Positions 59,517 through 64,000 of a DNA stretch of 64,000 bases are shown here, one piece after another (the stretch's first letter is position 1; each line of letters opens with the position of its first letter). Under the pieces are notes generated by a model, which was given only the letters and a program-made list of their open reading frames with translations, ran no database searches and was not told where the DNA came from. The translations under genes and the position numbers were made by a program. Where the stretch lies: contig CALHLD010000026.1 in assembly GCA_938034445.1 (NCBI GenBank), positions 562 through 64,561 of the forward strand. Direction: 5' to 3'. Source of the DNA: an uncultured archaeon (lineage in GTDB: Archaea; Thermoproteota; Nitrososphaeria; JACIWG01).

Positions 59517-60881
59517 ATGACAGTAATTTCCATAATAGGTGCGGGAAGTGTTGTCTTTACTGGAAGACTTATTGTTGACTTGTGTCTCACAAAAAGTTTG
59601 TATGGTAGTAAAGTTGTTTTGATGGACATTAATGAGGAACGCTTAAATGTAATGTATCAGTTGGCTACAAGGTACTTAAGAGAAACTAAGGCAAATCTTG
59701 TCATAGAAAAGACACTTGATAGGAGGCGTGCATTAGAAGTCTCAGATTTTGTTATTAACACTGTAAAAGTTGGTGGATACGAACCCATGGAAGAAGAGAG
59801 GAGAATTGCTGAAAAATATGGATACTATAGGGGTGTTGGTGAAAGGGTTAGCGACTATTATGGTGGTGTTGGCGCCTATCATCAACTAAAGTTCTTTCTT
59901 GAACTTGCAATTGATATGGAAAAGTATTGTCCAGATGCTTGGCTTATCCAAGCTGCAAACCCGGTTTTTGAAGGCGCCACTCTAATTAGTAGGCAAACAA
60001 AGATCAAGGTTGTTGGAGTATGCCATGGCCACTTAGGTTATAAGGATATTGTTAGAAAGCTAGGTTTGAACGAAGAGTATGTTAGAGTTACGATGGCGGG
60101 ATTTAATCACAATATATGGCTTAAAGATTTCCTCTATAAAGGTGAAAATGCTTACCCAATTTTAGATAAATGGATTGAGGAAAAGGCTGAAGAGTACTGG
60201 AATAGTGAAGAATATTTAAAGGGGCTTCCATGGGAATGTGAACAGCTTTCCAAGGCCGCTGTTGAAACATATAAGCTGTATGGTCTATTCCCTATCGGTG
60301 ACACGGTAAGAAGTGCTTCACCTTGGTGGTTTCATAAGGACTTAGAAAGTAAGAAAAAGTGGTTCGGTCCAACTGGTGGATTCGATTCAGAAATTGGTTG
60401 GACACTTTACTTAAACTTTCTTAAGGAAAATCTTGAAAAACTCTATTACCTTGCAAATAATCCTAGCCTTAAGCTTACTGACTTCTACCCTCCAACATTT
60501 AGCGGTGAACAGCATGTTCCATTAATTGACGCAATTTTAAATGATAAACGAACGATTTTACAGTTGAATATTCCAAATAATGGTATAATTTCGGGAATAC
60601 CTGATAACGTTGTAGTCGAAGTTCCAACAGTAGTTGACGGTACTGGGGTGAAAGGCATACACGTCGGTTCACTACCAAAGAAGATCATGCTATTCAATAT
60701 GATTCCTAGAATGCTTAAAATGGAACAGATTCTTCAAGCATTTCTCGAAGGTGATCGGACTAGTCTAATACTTATGGTGGCAGAAGATCCTAGAACAAAG
60801 TCATTTGATGACGCAAAAAAGGTTATTGAAGAACAGCTTAAACAGCCTTGGAACAGTGAAACCCTTAAACACTATAAGTGA
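59517..60881 (+). CDS. Glycoside hydrolase family 4 (NAD/Mn-dependent alpha-glycosidase)
   Basis: IIGAGS..F, ANP, GVCHG, AG.NH, IGDT.R. Confidence 0.92.
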   Translation: MTVISIIGAGSVVFTGRLIVDLCLTKSLYGSKVVLMDINEERLNVMYQLATRYLRETKANLVIEKTLDRRRALEVSDFVINTVKVGGYEPMEEERRIAEKYGYYRGVGERVSDYYGGVGAYHQLKFFLELAIDMEKYCPDAWLIQAANPVFEGATLISRQTKIKVVGVCHGHLGYKDIVRKLGLNEEYVRVTMAGFNHNIWLKDFLYKGENAYPILDKWIEEKAEEYWNSEEYLKGLPWECEQLSKAAVETYKLYGLFPIGDTVRSASPWWFHKDLESKKKWFGPTGGFDSEIGWTLYLNFLKENLEKLYYLANNPSLKLTDFYPPTFSGEQHVPLIDAILNDKRTILQLNIPNNGIISGIPDNVVVEVPTVVDGTGVKGIHVGSLPKKIMLFNMIPRMLKMEQILQAFLEGDRTSLILMVAEDPRTKSFDDAKKVIEEQLKQPWNSETLKHYK

Positions 60882-60887
60882 ACTTTC

Positions 60888-62186
60888 ATGAATCATTTTT
60901 CTCTAAAATATGCTTGGACTGTAGCAATTGTCTTGTTCATCTTTAGGTCTCTTCATACAGCTGACATTTATGTGATTTCGGTCGTTTTTCCACAAATTTT
61001 AGAAGAGTTTCAGATCACATATGCTAGTGGTGGTGCAATATTTACTGCCACTTTCGCTTTTTCAGTGTTACTTTATCCTGTTTGGGGCTACCTTTTTGAC
61101 AAGTATTCAAGAAAGCTTCTAATTAGCGTATCTGGCGTATTATGGGGTATAACGACTTGGTTAAATACTCTACCAAAGAATTTTGAAGGCTTCTTTATAA
61201 CAAGAACGTTGACTGGCGTTGATGATACTCCTCCATCTGGAATTAATAGTCTGATAAGTGACTATTTTCCTCCAAAAAGTAGGGGTAAACCTTTGGGCCT
61301 AATAAATGCAACAGGTGCTTTTGGGGCACTGATAGGCACGATTGTTGGAGTCATGCTAGGTTATGTTTATGGTTGGCGATATCTCTTTCTTATAACTGGA
61401 AGTGTAGGCATACTGATGGCTGTTATTGTATATCTATGCGTAAAAGATGTTCCTAGAGGAAGTTCAGAACCTGAACTTGCTGGATTAGTGGTAAAAGAGG
61501 ATCTTTATAAAATAAAATTTAGGGAAATGTTTAGTTTAGTAAAAAGGCCTTCACTACTTTTCCTTAACCTACAAGGTTTCTTCGGTGTTTTTCCATGGCA
61601 ATGTCTTCAAGCCTGGATTTTCACATATATGCTTAAGGAAAGATTGTTTAATGAAACAGAAGCCATGGTTGTTATGCTCATTTGGCTTACTGTGATGATC
61701 ATCGGAAATCTTGTAGGTGGTGCAATAGGTGACCTGCTTTTTTCTAAAATATATAGTGGTCGTGCGATAGTTGGTGCAGTGGACGTATTCCTTTCAGCAT
61801 TAACTTTGTATATCACACTAATGTGGCCAATAGAAGATACAGTTGGTTTCACAATTTTGGGTGCAGTAGCATCATTTATTCTGCCAATGGCCGGCCCAAA
61901 TGTATCTGCCGCTGTGACAGATGTTACAGAACCAGAGGTTAGAAGCTCTGCGGACTCACTACTTAGGATATTCGAGTTTGCTGGTTCTTCAGCTTCTCCA
62001 CTTATTGCAGGGTATTTAGCAGATTTAGTGGGTCTAGGGTCAAGTATCCTCTATGTCTCAGTGTCCACATGGATTATATGCGGAATATTATTTATTGCAC
62101 TAGCTTATGTGATACCTAAAGATATTATTGCTGCAAGGAATAAGATAAGACATAGGGCTAAGCTACTCAAAAGCACTGTTAGCTAA
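60888..62186 (+). CDS. MFS transporter (likely sugar)
   Basis: WGYL.DKYSRK, SDYFP...RG, about 12 TM; follows the GH4 gene. Confidence 0.88.
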   Translation: MNHFSLKYAWTVAIVLFIFRSLHTADIYVISVVFPQILEEFQITYASGGAIFTATFAFSVLLYPVWGYLFDKYSRKLLISVSGVLWGITTWLNTLPKNFEGFFITRTLTGVDDTPPSGINSLISDYFPPKSRGKPLGLINATGAFGALIGTIVGVMLGYVYGWRYLFLITGSVGILMAVIVYLCVKDVPRGSSEPELAGLVVKEDLYKIKFREMFSLVKRPSLLFLNLQGFFGVFPWQCLQAWIFTYMLKERLFNETEAMVVMLIWLTVMIIGNLVGGAIGDLLFSKIYSGRAIVGAVDVFLSALTLYITLMWPIEDTVGFTILGAVASFILPMAGPNVSAAVTDVTEPEVRSSADSLLRIFEFAGSSASPLIAGYLADLVGLGSSILYVSVSTWIICGILFIALAYVIPKDIIAARNKIRHRAKLLKSTVS

Positions 62187-63650
62187 AACAATTTTCTTGT
62201 ATACTTCAGAACTTTTTCTAGCTATCCTTTCCTTGGTGCCGAAGTCGACATAATAGAGGCCGAACCTCATCTTAAATCCCTGCGCCCACTCATAATTGTC
62301 TATAAGCGACCAATGAAAGTATCCCCTTACATCAATCTTTTCTTCCATAATAGTATTTTCTAAAACCTTCAAATGTTCCATAATAAAACTTGGTCTCAGC
62401 CTATCCTCGGAATCTGCAACACCATTTTCTGTAACATACAAAGGCTTATCATATTTTTTCATAAGCTCTAAAGCCCTAGCAAGTCCATTGGGATAAATTT
62501 CCCATCCAAAATCTGACGTCGGTTTTCCATCATTAGAAAAGTCATTAGGTTTACAATTATTTCCATATCCTTTAACAATTTCTGGAATAGTTGGTATTCC
62601 AGCAAAAAGTTTAGCTATTATAGACCTTTTGCCTCGGACAATGTTCCGTGTATAATAATTGATGCCTATCCAGTCAACCCTATTCCTTATCGAAGAATCT
62701 TTTTCTCCTTCATCTATTTTACTGTTCAAGTTTTCGTCAATCCATCCATTAGAAATCGCTTCAATAAAAAAGAGGTTATGTATATGGCTTGAAACATTAC
62801 ATGCATTTATGTCCTTTCTCCTATCATAGGGCTCCATTGGCACAATATTTAATATAATACCAACTTCAGAATCATTATTGAATTGCCTAATTGCATCGTA
62901 AGCTCTAGCATGTGCGACAACCAGATTACATAAACATCTTTTAAAAAGTCTAAAATTATTTAATCCAGGGGGAAATCCCATTTCTGGAAACAGGTATCCT
63001 GTTTCCGCAACAACATTTGGCTCATTAAATGTAACCCAAAAATCAACTATATCCCCAAGTTTCCATGCAAGATAAGCTGAATACTTCCAAAACTCTACAA
63101 TAGTTTCCTCGTCAACCCAACCCTTAGGTCCAACACGCCCTCCAGAATCTCTCACATTGATCGGATCATGGGCCCATAAAGGTAATGTAAAGTGATTTAA
63201 GCAAATAATAGGTTTCATGTTCTTGCTAATGATGTCGAGTATAATTTTCTTGTAATGATTTAATGCATTAGCATCAGCAATTTTATCCAACTTTTCAAGA
63301 AAATCTTCTTTAGCAGATATACTTGATATCCTTCCAAACTCATTTCTTTCGAAATCAACCTTAACATCCCTAGTTGGAGTTGGAAAAATTCTGCTCCATT
63401 CAATACCTAACCTATATGAGTTTAGCCCCACATCTTTCGCAATTTGATGATCTTTCTTATATAGGTTCCAATAATTGGGCCCATGCTCAGGTAAATCGCC
63501 ACTAACAACTTTATTTTCAATATTATATCTATCGTGAACCCATAAAAACCAATCAGTATTCCTATCTATACCTTCTCCACTAGAATCACCCATTTCAAAT
63601 TGGAAACCGCTAGCCGAAACTCCCCATAAAAAGTTTTTTGGAAAAGTCAT
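62163..63650 (-). CDS. Glycoside hydrolase family 1 beta-glycosidase
   Basis: FP..F.WG, Q.E.G, EWSRIFP, TFNEP (acid/base), TENG (nucleophile), DNYEWA.G. Confidence 0.95.
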   Translation of the reverse strand: MTFPKNFLWGVSASGFQFEMGDSSGEGIDRNTDWFLWVHDRYNIENKVVSGDLPEHGPNYWNLYKKDHQIAKDVGLNSYRLGIEWSRIFPTPTRDVKVDFERNEFGRISSISAKEDFLEKLDKIADANALNHYKKIILDIISKNMKPIICLNHFTLPLWAHDPINVRDSGGRVGPKGWVDEETIVEFWKYSAYLAWKLGDIVDFWVTFNEPNVVAETGYLFPEMGFPPGLNNFRLFKRCLCNLVVAHARAYDAIRQFNNDSEVGIILNIVPMEPYDRRKDINACNVSSHIHNLFFIEAISNGWIDENLNSKIDEGEKDSSIRNRVDWIGINYYTRNIVRGKRSIIAKLFAGIPTIPEIVKGYGNNCKPNDFSNDGKPTSDFGWEIYPNGLARALELMKKYDKPLYVTENGVADSEDRLRPSFIMEHLKVLENTIMEEKIDVRGYFHWSLIDNYEWAQGFKMRFGLYYVDFGTKERIARKSSEVYKKIVLANSAFE

Positions 63651-63721
63651 ACGATAATATTCTCACTCTACATAACTATATAAAATTTTTTAAATCTTCA
63701 AACAACATTAGTTTAGATAAA

Positions 63722-64000
63722 CTATTTCTTAAGCAATTGCAAAAATATTTCTTTTAAATCATCTACTCCTATACCCGAAAAAACAATTTTTTTCCCATAC
63801 TCTTCAAGAATGCTCTCAATTTCTTCAACAGTAAATTTGATTCCTTTTAAGGCATTCAAAAATTTTTCAAATTCTTCTATAGGGAATGCAAAAAAATCTC
63901 CACTGATAATAGCGTTTTTAATGACATCATTTTCTACATCCACTTCAATCTTTACATATTTTCCTCCAATTACCTTCTTATCCATTTCTAAGTGCACCAT
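63722..64000 (-). CDS. Lipoate-protein ligase C-terminal/accessory (LplB-like) domain; may extend beyond the window
   Basis: K..GGK.V, I....ISGDFF. Confidence 0.7.
   Translation of the reverse strand: MVHLEMDKKVIGGKYVKIEVDVENDVIKNAIISGDFFAFPIEEFEKFLNALKGIKFTVEEIESILEEYGKKIVFSGIGVDDLKEIFLQLLKK

Noticed and set aside
1..64000. CRISPR array or cas genes
   Set aside because: No regularly spaced repeats with unique spacers were seen; the HEPN and XPD-like genes fit a TA pair and DNA repair, not Cas modules

Overview
Low-GC archaeal chromosomal segment, most likely a thermophilic TACK-type archaeon. The evidence is RtcA, FAU-1, XPD, TrpB2, deoxyhypusine synthase, a DUF2139-like gene, TATA-type promoters and a GC-rich tRNA-Cys. 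About 60 genes are mostly metabolic: a peptide ABC operon with a racemase, M19 dipeptidase and CapA gene; a glycosyl-glycerate compatible-solute cluster beside MscS; and GH4/GH1 sugar use. There are also three toxin-antitoxin modules and much mobile-element debris. Highlights: (1) TrpB2 is tightly linked to a minimal SerK/SbnI-like serine kinase, a plausible phosphoserine-fed tryptophan salvage module. (2) A ~3.1 kb island bounded by a 29-bp direct repeat of the ybaK 3' end carries three protein-less structured elements resembling RNA-guided transposon RNAs: a complete IS200/IS605 mini-element, a bridge/seek-RNA-like fold and a decayed tnpB-like end. (3) An IS607-derived HTH+TnpB element has His in place of the RuvC-III Asp. 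(4) A Ggs/GpgS/MggS-like osmolyte cluster. All calls come from motif recognition by eye; no database searches were run.
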